Below, piece after piece: positions 63,651 through 64,000 of a stretch of 64,000 bases of DNA; position 1 is the first letter of the stretch, and each line of letters starts with the position of its first letter. A model generated the notes under the pieces. The model was not told the DNA's origin. It did no database searches and was given only the letters and a program-made list of their open reading frames with translations. The stretch is from Camelus ferus. Lineage: Eukaryota. Location: positions 26,972,001 to 27,036,000 of the forward strand of contig NC_045697.1 of assembly GCF_009834535.1 (NCBI RefSeq), read 5' to 3'. Both the position numbers and the translations under genes were made by a program.

Positions 63651-64000
63651 TTTCAAAGTTTTTGTGGCCAGGAACTCCATTCCCCTACATCCCTGCCTGG
63701 CGCCCATCAGGAAACTTTCGAGATACAACTTGGCCAGGAGAAGGAGGCAACTTGCAGACCTCCGTTTTCACTTTTTTTTTTTTTTTTTTGGTTGCAGGGA
63801 GAGAAGCTAAACTTCTAGAGAAATCTAATGGACAATCTCCACAGCAGGTGAGCTGTTCTCTTTTTTATGCATTGGGGGAAAAGTCTGTTCTTTGCACTTT
63901 CTGTTAAGTTTTCTATTTCTCGGTCTTTTACCACAGTTCTTATTACCTGAAACATTAAAGCCAGTAGACAGAGCAGTCCCCAAAGTTTACTTCTTTCTGA

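Noticed and set aside
7214..64000. Coding exons of C4orf19/PGCKA1
   Set aside because: No peptide resembling the remembered protein (MGCRCC...; ...DAAVAEALAALEAATAGE) is in the ORF track. AG/GT pairs such as 42660-42681 are too weak to call exons. Short non-coding exons cannot be excluded.
1..64000. CRISPR array, prokaryotic operon, or viral or foreign insert
   Set aside because: No regularly spaced repeat-spacer structure and no gene-dense segment. Composition and repeats are consistently mammalian.

Overview
Mammalian genomic DNA, most likely from a camelid. It has tRNA-derived vic-1-type SINEs and no Bov-tA, BovB, PRE-1 or Alu elements that I can recognise. The window opens inside the last coding exon of NWD2 (NACHT and WD repeat domain-containing 2; + strand, stop at 811-813), followed by a ~2.3 kb 3' UTR with a poly(A) signal at 3064. 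About 3.8 kb downstream is a CpG-island promoter (~6850-7270) with CTCF-like motifs upstream, an E-box/CCAAT pair and two candidate first-exon splice donors. By recalled human synteny this is the 5' end of C4orf19/PGCKA1. The remaining ~56 kb looks like its first intron and consists mostly of interspersed repeats: L2, MIR, L1, MLT1, MER-type DNA transposons, HAL1-like relics, a near-full-length Tigger1 and microsatellites. Repeat family names come from memory of consensus sequences and boundaries are approximate. I found no convincing new biological system. The best leads are a strong-Kozak polyproline (CCG)n uORF in the first exon, one target site hit twice by L1, a poly(A)-only insertion with a TSD, and several candidate regulatory modules.
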